Both the position numbers and the translations under genes were made by a program. Below are positions 8,917-18,146 of a stretch of DNA of 64,000 nucleotides, piece by piece. The DNA lies in the IMG/VR virus record IMGVR_UViG_3300042197_004429, positions 64,001 to 128,000 of that record, one strand, 5' to 3'. The DNA is from a virus. The notes under the pieces are model-generated. The model searched no databases. It worked only from the letters and a program-made list of their open reading frames with translations, and was not told the DNA's origin. How positions within the stretch are numbered: the stretch's first letter is position 1; each line of letters starts with the position of its first letter.

Positions 8917-9083
8917 TCCAACAACTCCTTTTGTTGAAACAATCTAAACCATTGATCGTAAATCTCTTGAAATTCTTCTATAGATGGAATTTCCTCAAGT
9001 TCAAAAGGAATAGGGTGTATTACCCCGTCTTCTGTTTCAAATTCTGTTTTTGTAATTTTGACGATCATTTTTGGTTTTCTCAA
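8913..9083 (-). CDS. Small acidic ORF inside IS607, translationally coupled to tnpA (51-56 aa, not in ORF track)
   Basis: GAAAGGTAGG RBS; (LRKPK)MIVKITKTEFETEDGVIHPIPFELEEIPSIEEFQEIYDQWFRLFQQKELLE*; ATGA overlap with tnpA start. Confidence 0.6.
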   Translation of the reverse strand: MRKPKMIVKITKTEFETEDGVIHPIPFELEEIPSIEEFQEIYDQWFRLFQQKELLE

Positions 9084-9168
9084 ATGAATCCTACCTTTCT
9101 ATATAGTAGTTCATTATAAAAAAATTATAAAATTTGTCAAACAATTGTAAATTTTTGTAGAATTTACT

Positions 9169-11007
9169 CTATCTGTTTCCATCCCAGTAATCCAATAATC
9201 CCAAAACATCTTGCCAATCCACTGATTCTTTTGGATAATCGCCTGGATTGCCAAACAAAGGACGATCTTCTTCTCGTCTTTTTTGTGCTGCCTTGAGTCT
9301 GGCCATTTGAGTGCTTAACTTGCTTCCGTACATGCTTCCGGCTGGCGTTCCATCATCGCTTCTGTCTACTTCAGCCAATTCGTCTTTGGTTTTGACATAG
9401 ACTCTTGTTTTTGGATCTGTGATATCGGCACCTTTTTCAACTTTGAAAAAGTTAAACGGTCTTTGGTATGCTTGAACCATCTCTGGTCCATCTTCTCTGC
9501 CGATACCAGAAGAGGTGCTTCTGTTGGGATTTCCCAACTCAAAACTGCTTCTTTTTCTTGTTGGGTTTCTTAAAGGTTGCTGACCACGAGGTCTGCCGCC
9601 CATTGGTTGCTCTTCTGCTTTTTTGCGTGTTCTTGAAACTTTTATCATATAAGAAACCGCAGCCAAATCAGATTCATCTACTAGTTTTCTTTCAAGGCCA
9701 CCCCTTAGTCCACCGTCTACTAAACTTGTTAGTTTTTCTGCCAGTGCTTCGATTGTTCCTTTAAATCCTTGAACTCTTTCTAGTTGTTTTTCAAACTTCA
9801 AGGCACGAACAATCACAGGAATCATGTCAGGGTTGGATTCTGAAGGTGCAGCAAGAGCTTGTCTGTAAGTGATGTTGTACTCTGGTTCTTCGCCTTCTCT
9901 TGATATTCTCAACAAACTAAGAACATATCTGAATACTTTTTGAAAGTCCACAGCGGCCATAACAAGTTCTTGAACTTTGCTTGTTCTTTCTTTTGCTGCT
10001 TCGCCTCTTGATCCTTCTAGGGACACTTCAAACTCCCCAGTTTTGATTGCTTCTTTCGGACCATCCGCACTATTGTATGTTTGCAAGTCTACTTCTTTGT
10101 TGTTGACAAAGTATAATGTTTTAACTGGCGGCATCACATAAGGCATGTTTAATTCTTCTATGGCAAGACGAGTGTAAAAACTGTACGCTGTGCCTCTTAA
10201 AGCTCCATTATAAAATTCTAAATTCTCAGCTACTCTGCTGAATTCACTTTGAGAAAGTGGTTTGCTTCTAGATTTGGCAATTGCCACGTTGGGATCTGGG
10301 CCTTTTGGTGTGTTTTGTGCGATTGCGTCTTTGTCCAATTCAACTGGGTTGGCAGTATCGCTTCCTTGATCTTCTTCACCTTCGGCTGGAAGTGCATCCT
10401 CTATTGCTTCTTCTACGCTTGAATAAACACTTCTTGGATCAGTTTTTCTTGCTTTGTCATTTAAGTAAGAGAAGAGATCTGTTTCCACGCCTTTTTCTTT
10501 GTCGTTTGTTTCTTCCCCTGTATTTGGATCAACCAATACTTTTTCCGCTTGCAACATGATGGCAATTTTTTTTACACTTTTTGTTTTTTTTCTTGCGTTT
10601 AAAACTAAATTCGTAAAGCGGTCCCAGGCTTGTTGATATTTTTTTAAGTTCTCTGTGCGTTGAAGTTCCGCTATGGCTGCTGCTTTTTTCTCTTGTTGCT
10701 TCGCCAGTTCTTTTTCACTACGTTGGTCAACCTGTGATTGAACCAAAGGATCCACTTCTCTTGAAGGTTTTGATGGCTCCTTCATCTGCTCCAGTTCTTC
10801 TGGCGTGTAGTCCACCCATTTTCCATTCACAACTCTGCCTGAATTATGACTGCGAATTGTTCCAGATTCTGGATGAGGATTTTCTTTTGAATATTGAGGC
10901 TTTGGCTCAACTGCTGGCTCAACTGTTGCGTTTGGTTCTACGCCTGCGTCTTTAACAGTTGATTTTTTTGCTTCTAACAATCCCAACATTTCAAAAAAAG
11001 ATAACAT
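9169..11007 (-). CDS. Large hypothetical protein, possibly virion-associated
   Basis: 612-aa ORF, GAGGAG RBS, MLSFFEMLGLLEA N-terminus; last codons supplied by the IS left end. Confidence 0.7.
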   Translation of the reverse strand: MLSFFEMLGLLEAKKSTVKDAGVEPNATVEPAVEPKPQYSKENPHPESGTIRSHNSGRVVNGKWVDYTPEELEQMKEPSKPSREVDPLVQSQVDQRSEKELAKQQEKKAAAIAELQRTENLKKYQQAWDRFTNLVLNARKKTKSVKKIAIMLQAEKVLVDPNTGEETNDKEKGVETDLFSYLNDKARKTDPRSVYSSVEEAIEDALPAEGEEDQGSDTANPVELDKDAIAQNTPKGPDPNVAIAKSRSKPLSQSEFSRVAENLEFYNGALRGTAYSFYTRLAIEELNMPYVMPPVKTLYFVNNKEVDLQTYNSADGPKEAIKTGEFEVSLEGSRGEAAKERTSKVQELVMAAVDFQKVFRYVLSLLRISREGEEPEYNITYRQALAAPSESNPDMIPVIVRALKFEKQLERVQGFKGTIEALAEKLTSLVDGGLRGGLERKLVDESDLAAVSYMIKVSRTRKKAEEQPMGGRPRGQQPLRNPTRKRSSFELGNPNRSTSSGIGREDGPEMVQAYQRPFNFFKVEKGADITDPKTRVYVKTKDELAEVDRSDDGTPAGSMYGSKLSTQMARLKAAQKRREEDRPLFGNPGDYPKESVDWQDVLGLLDYWDGNR

Positions 11008-11055
11008 TTCTCATCTCCTCAAATATTTTAATATTTTAAGTTATATATAATCCAA

Positions 11056-11439
11056 ATGAAAAGTTTTAATGAATATAAATCAGGAAATAACCTGGGTTCT
11101 TTTTTTGGAAAATCATTCGCTGTAAGACAAAATGCTCATATTTTGCACCTATCTTCCAAAAGTTACGCTGAACATAAGGCTTTAGGCTCATTTTATGAAC
11201 AACTAACAGATCTTATGGATCAACTGATTGAAACATATCAAGGTCAATATGGCTTGGTTGAAGTTGATGTATCTACTTCAAAAGAAAAGAATGCAATTTC
11301 TCTTTTGAATGATTTTGCTGAAGAAGCAATGAATTCTCGTGATTTGTTTGATAAAAAAGACACTCATTTACATAATATTTTAGATGAAATATTGAGTTTA
11401 ACTTACCAAACTCTTTATAAATTAAAATTTCTCAAATAA
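11056..11439 (+). CDS. Ferritin/Dps-like four-helix protein (DUF5856-like)
   Basis: AHILHL...YAEHKALGSFYEQLTDLMDQLIETYQGQYG pattern; MKSFNEY N-terminus. Confidence 0.65.
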   Translation: MKSFNEYKSGNNLGSFFGKSFAVRQNAHILHLSSKSYAEHKALGSFYEQLTDLMDQLIETYQGQYGLVEVDVSTSKEKNAISLLNDFAEEAMNSRDLFDKKDTHLHNILDEILSLTYQTLYKLKFLK

Positions 11440-12373
11440 TATGTAGGCCATTTATTAATTTCATTAATTCATAATGGCCTTTTTCATTTTTTATCCACTC
11501 CAAATAGTCTGCATTTTCAAGCAGACTAAATCTTTTATTTTCAAAATAGTTCAGATTTTTTTCACCGAAAATATTAATTAGGTCGTGTTGGTTTAGTATT
11601 TTTGTAATTTTTTCATAAAATTCTTTAATCATTAAACACAACAAGCCCCTTGAATGATTTTCTTCACAAGTCGGGCTGGGCACATAAGATCCATTTCCGT
11701 GAAAAACTTTTACTTTATTAATTTTTGATTGACAAAGATTTCGACTTGTGGCGTGTTCTTCAACACAAATGAAATTAAAAAGATCCGGGTGTTTGTTTTT
11801 CATGTAGCCCAAAACCATCTCATCCCAAACTTCATACCAATCGTCATATCCAATATATTTCTTCATAGACTGTCTGGTTTCATTGGAGTGTATGGCTTCT
11901 ATTGTGTATTTTTTAAATAAATCAAAGAATTGTTTGTATTTTTCTTCATTTGGATTGAAATAAAAATAGCCTGTGTTCCAGCCGTCGTAGCAAAAACGGT
12001 TTGTTGGCTTTTCTAAAGGAAGTGGATTATTAAAGAAAAAAACGTCAGAGTCCACGTAAATTACATCGCCAATATATTTGTTGCTTTCGCACCAATTGTG
12101 AACATCAAAAATTCTTGATAAATGTTTGTATCCTTTTACCAAACTTGAGTATTGCTCAAGAAAAAACTCAGTTTTAATTACTTGAAAATTTAATTTTTCT
12201 TGTAGATGACTCCAATGATGTGGTCTATGCGGACTGCAATCTAAAACTACAATATCAACATCCGAAACACTTCGTAGTGTTGCTATAGAAGGAACCACAC
12301 TGGTTCTTAAATTCTTATAAGGATCGGGTTCGTGATCAAGTGACCAACAATGGTAAATCGCTGTTGTTTTCAA
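11432..12373 (-). CDS. GT-A glycosyltransferase-like protein; paralog of 49104-50042
   Basis: YVDSDVFF DxD motif, WNTGYFYF, WDEM; shared SIATLRS motif. Confidence 0.65.
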   Translation of the reverse strand: MKTTAIYHCWSLDHEPDPYKNLRTSVVPSIATLRSVSDVDIVVLDCSPHRPHHWSHLQEKLNFQVIKTEFFLEQYSSLVKGYKHLSRIFDVHNWCESNKYIGDVIYVDSDVFFFNNPLPLEKPTNRFCYDGWNTGYFYFNPNEEKYKQFFDLFKKYTIEAIHSNETRQSMKKYIGYDDWYEVWDEMVLGYMKNKHPDLFNFICVEEHATSRNLCQSKINKVKVFHGNGSYVPSPTCEENHSRGLLCLMIKEFYEKITKILNQHDLINIFGEKNLNYFENKRFSLLENADYLEWIKNEKGHYELMKLINGLHII

Positions 12374-12374
12374 A

Positions 12375-13157
12375 CTACATCAACTTTCTATTATTTTCTA
12401 TTTCTTCTTTAAACCAATCAGGGTATTCAGCATTCCATTTTTTGCAATATCTAATTCCATTATTTATAAATAATCTTTTTTGATTTGTTTTTCCATAGGT
12501 TTGTGATGGGTGCCAAAGATGTAATTCCGTCTCAGGTCTAAAGGTCGATTTAACACCTATTTCATTCATTTTGTTTGTCATATCGCTGTCTGCCCAGCCA
12601 TATCCAATATAACCTTCATCCATCAGATCTGCTTCAAAGAAATCATCACGCCAAAAGGCCGTGTTACCCGACCACATGTTTCTTAATCCAATATGGTTTT
12701 CTTCACTTCGGTATTCGTCTTTATATTCAAAAGATTCATTTGTTATTTCTTCGTCATTTGCAGTTTTGGTTAATTTTTTCATACACTTACAAGTGATGCA
12801 AGTTTTTGGTTTTATTTCTTTTTCTATATTTTTGAAATAATCTTTGGGAAGAATTCTGTCGCTCTCCAGAACCACAACCTTGTTTAAAGAACAATTTCTT
12901 ACTCCTACGTTTATCATCTTGGCAAGAATCATTTCATTTTCTTCCATGTTGAAATGTTTTTTGATTTTAAATCTATCCGATAGTTTACAAAGTTCCTTTG
13001 TTTGATCGTCCGCCAAAAACTCTATAGAATCCTGACAAACAGTGACCAACTCAGAATTTAAAACAACATCACGCTGGTTTATCAACAAAAATCTCAATGT
13101 TTGTAAGAGATTTTCAAATCTTGCTGTGTGGAACGGTATTATAAAAGAAATGTTCAT
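12375..13157 (-). CDS. GT2/GT7-like glycosyltransferase
   Basis: ISFIIPF, NVGVR, LESDRIL, MDEGYIGYGWADSD, HLWH. Confidence 0.75.
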   Translation of the reverse strand: MNISFIIPFHTARFENLLQTLRFLLINQRDVVLNSELVTVCQDSIEFLADDQTKELCKLSDRFKIKKHFNMEENEMILAKMINVGVRNCSLNKVVVLESDRILPKDYFKNIEKEIKPKTCITCKCMKKLTKTANDEEITNESFEYKDEYRSEENHIGLRNMWSGNTAFWRDDFFEADLMDEGYIGYGWADSDMTNKMNEIGVKSTFRPETELHLWHPSQTYGKTNQKRLFINNGIRYCKKWNAEYPDWFKEEIENNRKLM

Positions 13158-13192
13158 ATTATAAATATGTACTTTAAAATAATTAAAATTTT

Positions 13193-13537
13193 ATGTTAAA
13201 TTCACAAGATATATTAAGAACACAATTTATTAATAAAGATTTTGAAATAACTTATATTACACAAGAAAGAATGTTTAATTGGAAAAAAATTTGGAATAAA
13301 ACTTTTTTTTCTATAGATGGTGTTCAATTATTGGAAAAAATATCACAAAATAAAATTTTTAGTTTCTATTGCACAGACACAGATCCTGTTTTGTTGTGGG
13401 TTGGTTTGACATTACGATTTGGCCCTCAAACCTCAGAAAATAAATGTTTTTTTATAAAAAAAAATAATTTTTTAGATTTTGTAGATGAAATTAAATTTGG
13501 TAAAAAAAAATTGATTTGGCTACAGGAAGGTTTTTGA
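13193..13537 (+). CDS. Hypothetical protein ending in WLQEGF
   Basis: 114-aa ORF heading the WbqC operon. Confidence 0.5.
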   Translation: MLNSQDILRTQFINKDFEITYITQERMFNWKKIWNKTFFSIDGVQLLEKISQNKIFSFYCTDTDPVLLWVGLTLRFGPQTSENKCFFIKKNNFLDFVDEIKFGKKKLIWLQEGF

Positions 13538-13542
13538 CATTT

Positions 13543-14181
13543 ATGAAAATTGCAATAATGCAACCTTACTTTTTTCCTTATATAGGTTATTTTGAATTAA
13601 TCAAACACGTCGATATTTTTGTTTTTTTAAATGATGTTCAATTTACAAAAAGAGGATGGATTAACAGAAATAGAATAAGGTCTTCGCATAAAGAAAATGA
13701 AAATATAGTCATACCGGTAAAGAGCCACAGACAAAAAACTAATATTAGCGAAATAACACCCGCTTCCTCAGATTGGAATGATCACATATACAAGAAAATA
13801 ATTTGCACTTACGGAATTAAGAATAAAATATTTTTAAATTATTTTTTATCCCTTTCGGGCCACGCAAAATTAAAAGATATTCTTTGTGATTCAATAATTT
13901 GGACATCACAATACTTGGGTTTGGATGTAAATTTTAAACACTCAGAAAATATATCAAAACAGTCAGGTTTTAAAAAACTGATTGAAATTTGCAAGTATTT
14001 CAATTGCGATCATTATGTCAATGCTTGTGGTGGAATCAATCTTTACAATAGAGAGGATTTTGAAAAAGAAGGAATATTTTTAGAATTTTTAGATCCTACT
14101 AAATTTAGCAATAAACTTTCTATAATAGATTTGATATTAACACAAGAAGAAGAAACTAAATTATGGCTCAAAAAGTCCTAA
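13543..14181 (+). CDS. WbqC-like protein
   Basis: MKIAIMQPYFFPYIGYF, DDVQ-like NDVQF..RGWINRNRI, YVNACGG, LSIIDL. Confidence 0.9.
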   Translation: MKIAIMQPYFFPYIGYFELIKHVDIFVFLNDVQFTKRGWINRNRIRSSHKENENIVIPVKSHRQKTNISEITPASSDWNDHIYKKIICTYGIKNKIFLNYFLSLSGHAKLKDILCDSIIWTSQYLGLDVNFKHSENISKQSGFKKLIEICKYFNCDHYVNACGGINLYNREDFEKEGIFLEFLDPTKFSNKLSIIDLILTQEEETKLWLKKS

Positions 14182-14801
14182 TATTCGGCACAGAGGACAC
14201 ATCCTCACTAGCCAGTTTTTATTTAAAAAATGATTCCCAGTACGAGCCTGTGGCTTTTTGTGTTGATGGCGATTTTTTAAAAGAAGCTAATTTTGAAGGT
14301 CTTCCTGTTGTTCCTTTTGAGGAAGTAGACGAACAATTTTCAAATAATGAATTTAAATTTTTTGCTTCAATATATGACAATCAATTTAGGTCAAAAAAAA
14401 GCAATGAAATCAAACAAAGGGGATATGAATTGATATCGTATGTCAGCAGCAGATCTTCTGTGTTTTCTCCCGTAGGCGAAAATTGTTTTATTATGGAAGA
14501 CAACACAATTCAGCCTTTTGTTAAGGTTGGCAACAACATTATTATGTGGTCTGGGAATCACATAGGACACCACTCTGTAATTGAGGATAATAATTTTTTA
14601 TCCTCGCACGTTGTTGTGTGCGGTCATTGTCACATTAAACCTTTTTGTTGGATAGGCGTTAATTCCTCAATTAGAGATCATATTGTTTTGGAGGAGGGTA
14701 CATTCGTTGCGATGTCATCTATGGTTACAAAAAACACAAAGCCCTACAAAAAGTATACGGGAGTTCCAGCCAAAGAGTATGGCGATAATCTTAACCGGTA
14801 A
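14163..14801 (+). CDS. Sugar acetyltransferase (PglD/NeuD-like hexapeptide repeat)
   Basis: N-terminal Rossmann-like segment, left-handed beta-helix hexapeptides, IGHH, YTGVPAK. Confidence 0.85.
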   Translation: MAQKVLIFGTEDTSSLASFYLKNDSQYEPVAFCVDGDFLKEANFEGLPVVPFEEVDEQFSNNEFKFFASIYDNQFRSKKSNEIKQRGYELISYVSSRSSVFSPVGENCFIMEDNTIQPFVKVGNNIIMWSGNHIGHHSVIEDNNFLSSHVVVCGHCHIKPFCWIGVNSSIRDHIVLEEGTFVAMSSMVTKNTKPYKKYTGVPAKEYGDNLNR

Positions 14802-15183
14802 GGGTTTAAATTCTTTATTTGTTGCAAAAACAATTTCAAATAATTTAGATATTCCTATTAAATTTATTGAAGATGATCCAAAAATAGATCAATATGATGA
14901 ATTTTTTTTTGTTGTTTCCAATAGAGGCGATGAAGAGTTACCGGAGTGCTTTGAAAATTTTTTAAATAATTTGATTACTTTAAATAAAAAGTATTACATT
15001 TGTGAAATAGGAAATTATTTTGGTTTTGAATATGAATTTTTTGGTAGTAGAAAAATAGTTGATTTTATTTTAAAAAGATTAGGTTGGGAAGAAGTCTCAT
15101 CCTTGTCAGTCGATTCCATGCCAGCAATTGATGAAGAAAGATTGATTGATTGGATCGATCAAATCAAAAAGGATTCTCTATGA
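14779..15183 (+). CDS. Flavodoxin-like protein
   Basis: Short alpha/beta protein; VVSNRGDEELP and ICEIGNYFG resemble flavodoxin loops; start set at ATG 14779. Confidence 0.45.
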   Translation: MAIILTGKGLNSLFVAKTISNNLDIPIKFIEDDPKIDQYDEFFFVVSNRGDEELPECFENFLNNLITLNKKYYICEIGNYFGFEYEFFGSRKIVDFILKRLGWEEVSSLSVDSMPAIDEERLIDWIDQIKKDSL

Positions 15184-15881
15184 AATTAATTACAGAACTG
15201 GATTGTGATAATAGAATAGGCAAAAAAATAAAAAAAAATTTGCATGATTATAAAGTTGTTATCGTTCGAAATTCGCCAACCACCAACACGTTTTGGATCG
15301 AACAAGCCTCTGAAATTGGAAAATTAGTTCCCATGAAGGAGGATATAAAAACAGGAAACAAAACGGGAGAATTTTGGACCGATATTAAATATGATGCTAA
15401 ACTATCACATACTTTTTCTCACTCTAACACACGCCAGCCTTTGCACACAGATGGTTCTTATGAGTCACTTGCTCCTAATATTACTTTTTTCTTTTGTCTA
15501 AAGCCCGCTAAAGTAGGAGGATCTACTACTTGTTTAGATTTAGATCTTTTAAAAAAATGTTTAAAAATAGAAAAGCCGGAATTGCTCGAAAGATTAAAAA
15601 CAACTGAGATTCTTTTTTCTAAAGGAAACGATTTTAAAACAAGCAAAATTATAAATGAAAATAAATGTAATTGGAATTATTTTAGAGCAGCCAAAAGCGA
15701 TTTAACGGAGGAGTTTCACATTTATTTAGAGCAAAGAATAATACAAATGGGTGTTTTAACTAATATTAATCTTAAAAAAGGCGATGCTGTTTTTTTTAAT
15801 GATGAGTTAATTCTTCATGGAAGAAATGCTTTTATAGGTGATCGTTGGTTGAAAAAAGGAGGATTGATATGGAGTGGTTAA
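15180..15881 (+). CDS. TauD/TfdA-family Fe(II)/2-oxoglutarate dioxygenase
   Basis: LHTDGSY HxD motif, GGSTT, GDAVFFND..ILHGRNAF. Confidence 0.85.
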   Translation: MKLITELDCDNRIGKKIKKNLHDYKVVIVRNSPTTNTFWIEQASEIGKLVPMKEDIKTGNKTGEFWTDIKYDAKLSHTFSHSNTRQPLHTDGSYESLAPNITFFFCLKPAKVGGSTTCLDLDLLKKCLKIEKPELLERLKTTEILFSKGNDFKTSKIINENKCNWNYFRAAKSDLTEEFHIYLEQRIIQMGVLTNINLKKGDAVFFNDELILHGRNAFIGDRWLKKGGLIWSG

Positions 15882-16669
15882 AAGGGCCAGACCTAAGTTT
15901 CTTTAATCCGGATAATCCTTTTGAAAATGACATACGCCACCTCCCAAATAAACACGAAATAGTTACAAAATTTGTTGATCTAGATTATTTAAAAACGGTT
16001 AACTTAAGAAAATGCCGATTAAGTTACCTCCCTGTTTTTAAAAGTAAACAAATTGAGTCTCTAGATTTAAGCTGCAATAATTTAAGTGTTTTCCCAGAGT
16101 GGATATTGGATTTAAAAAATTTAAAGTATTTAAATTTGGGTTCAAATTTTTTTGAACATTTGCCAAATTTAGAAAATTTGCCTTTAGAGACTTTAAAATT
16201 ACACAAAAACAAGTTCTCTTATTTACAAATTCCTAAAACTATAAAGTGTTTAAATCTTTACCTAAACAATTTCTTAGATATACCTGACATAACCCATTTA
16301 AAAGATTTGGAGTTTTTTTCATTTGGTGTGACTAAAATTACAAGACTACCGGACTGGATTTGTGATTTTAAAAATCTAAAGTGGTTGTCTTTAGTTGTGA
16401 ATGATATAGAATACCTTCCTGAAAATTTTTGTAATTTACAAAATTTAATTGGTTTAAGACTTGCAAAAAATAAATTAAAAAAATTACCAAATAATATTGG
16501 TCTTTGTAAAAGTTTAAAAGAAATCACTCTTTACTCTAATTGTATTAGTTGTCTCCCAGATTCTTTTTATCAATTAGATTTAGAAAAACTCAATTTATCC
16601 AAAAATTATTTAATTGATAAAAATAAAATAATAAATAAATTTTCGAATATAAATTTTTTTTCCTGTTAG
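15869..16669 (+). CDS. Leucine-rich repeat protein
   Basis: About 9 LxxLxLxxNxL repeats (e.g. LKYLNLGSNFFEHLP, LIGLRLAKNKLKKLP); GGAGG RBS. Confidence 0.9.
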   Translation: MEWLKGPDLSFFNPDNPFENDIRHLPNKHEIVTKFVDLDYLKTVNLRKCRLSYLPVFKSKQIESLDLSCNNLSVFPEWILDLKNLKYLNLGSNFFEHLPNLENLPLETLKLHKNKFSYLQIPKTIKCLNLYLNNFLDIPDITHLKDLEFFSFGVTKITRLPDWICDFKNLKWLSLVVNDIEYLPENFCNLQNLIGLRLAKNKLKKLPNNIGLCKSLKEITLYSNCISCLPDSFYQLDLEKLNLSKNYLIDKNKIINKFSNINFFSC

Positions 16670-16676
16670 GGATCTT

Positions 16677-17288
16677 ATGTCGATAGCTTATAAAGTGGTT
16701 CGTGATTTTGAAGAAGCCATGGCAGAATACGTCGGCAGTAGATATGCTGTTGCGGTGGATAGCTGCACCAACGCTTTGTTTTTATGTTGTTACTACTTAA
16801 AAGTTCAACAAGTTACCATTCCATCTAGAACTTATATCTCGGTGCCCTGTTCTATTATTCATGCAGGAGGCTCAGTTGTTTTTGAAGACATTAAATGGAT
16901 TGGAAGTTATCAATTAAAACCATATCCGATTTACGATAGCGCTTGCAAACTATCAAGGGGAATGTACGAATCGGGAACTTTTCAATGTGTGTCTTTTAGT
17001 CCAAATAAAATTTTGAATATAGGCAAAGGTGGCATGATATTCACCGATGATGAAATTGCGAGAAATTGGTTTAAACTTGCTAGGTATGAAGGTAGGGAGG
17101 AAGTATCATTGATGCAACAAGATATTTTTGAAGTTATTGGTTGGAATATGTATATGACACCAGAGCAAGGGGCAAGAGGTTTAATTTTGTCAACATTTTT
17201 GAAAGACGAAAATATAAAGAATCCAAACTACCCCGATTTGTCTTTGAGATTTAGGCCAAAACAAAAATCAACCCACAACCTCAGCTAA
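16677..17288 (+). CDS. Short DegT/DnrJ/EryC1/StrS-family aminotransferase
   Basis: AVAVDSCTNAL, IYDSAC, SFSPNKILNIGKGGMIFTDD with PLP lysine; only 203 aa. Confidence 0.8.
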   Translation: MSIAYKVVRDFEEAMAEYVGSRYAVAVDSCTNALFLCCYYLKVQQVTIPSRTYISVPCSIIHAGGSVVFEDIKWIGSYQLKPYPIYDSACKLSRGMYESGTFQCVSFSPNKILNIGKGGMIFTDDEIARNWFKLARYEGREEVSLMQQDIFEVIGWNMYMTPEQGARGLILSTFLKDENIKNPNYPDLSLRFRPKQKSTHNLS

Positions 17289-18146
17289 ACCTATGCCTGT
17301 TTTTCCGAATCCGTTTCCATTATAGAACAAATATTTCCCGCACATAGCGGTATAGCACACCATCTCGGAGTCCCAACCATGTGGCGATTTTTCTAAGCCT
17401 TGCAAACATTCATTCATAATATTCCATTTTTTCCCACAAGCAGACTCGGCATAACCTAGACAGTAACTTTTTTTCGGATTTTTTCTGTAGTCTTTAGCAC
17501 TTCTATAAGAGAAAATCATTTTATATTTGTCTTCTTGTTGCCAAACCATCGGCCACCCTATTGCTCCCATTTCTTTTGAATAATTTATACACGGCTCAGA
17601 AAATCTCTTCCAATAAAAACCATCCAAAGACTCTGCGTATCTTATCAAGTAGACGGGGTCTCTTCTTTTTATCCAACCCGTACAAGAACAATACCACATT
17701 TTAAAAATTTTACAATTATTGTCATAAACGACACACGGACTGGTGCAGAAATAAGGTTCATCAAAACATCTGTCCATCACAGGTGATTCTTTCTTTATCC
17801 ACCCGTTCTCACCACACTCCGCAACTCCTATTGACAATTGGTAGGGCGGCGATGTTTTTTTGTTCCAGCCGATTAAATACATGAGTTTTTTTTCATTGCA
17901 ACTAACAATGCACCTTGCGGCGTGGCCATCTTGATCAAAAGACCCAGACTTTCCAAGATCAAACAATGGCCCTGAGATATTTTTTTTTATAATTTTTGGA
18001 TTTTTTTGACATAACTCAATCTTGTATATTTTAGATTTGTTATGCTTAACTTTAGAAAAATAAAGAATAATTTCTTTTTTATTTATATCAACAGTTGGGT
18101 AACGTGCTTGCCCTCTATAAACTAAACCTATTTTTTTATAATTCAT
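17268..18146 (-). CDS. Beta-propeller glycoside hydrolase-like protein (GH32/43/130-like)
   Basis: Repeated blades MWYCS, YAESLDGFYW, GYAES..GKKW, LFYNGNGFGKTGIG. Confidence 0.65.
   Translation of the reverse strand: MNYKKIGLVYRGQARYPTVDINKKEIILYFSKVKHNKSKIYKIELCQKNPKIIKKNISGPLFDLGKSGSFDQDGHAARCIVSCNEKKLMYLIGWNKKTSPPYQLSIGVAECGENGWIKKESPVMDRCFDEPYFCTSPCVVYDNNCKIFKMWYCSCTGWIKRRDPVYLIRYAESLDGFYWKRFSEPCINYSKEMGAIGWPMVWQQEDKYKMIFSYRSAKDYRKNPKKSYCLGYAESACGKKWNIMNECLQGLEKSPHGWDSEMVCYTAMCGKYLFYNGNGFGKTGIGLAEVVG

Larger units (their letters stand above)
7090..9182 (-). mobile_element. IS607-family insertion sequence (small ORF, tnpA, tnpB)
   Basis: Serine-recombinase tnpA overlapping tnpB; right end ...GTAAGTTTTGAGTACCGG; 14/15 inverted match between 7105-7119 and 9145-9159; removing it restores a clean flanking gene end (W-D-N-K-stop). 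Confidence 0.85.

Noticed and set aside
7090-9182. IStron (group I intron plus IS607)
   Set aside because: Only about 100 nt lie between the left end and the small ORF, which is too little for a group I core
16677-17288. DegT as a truncated pseudogene
   Set aside because: No continuation of the family sequence in other frames is visible; catalytic motifs are intact and the ORF is cleanly bounded
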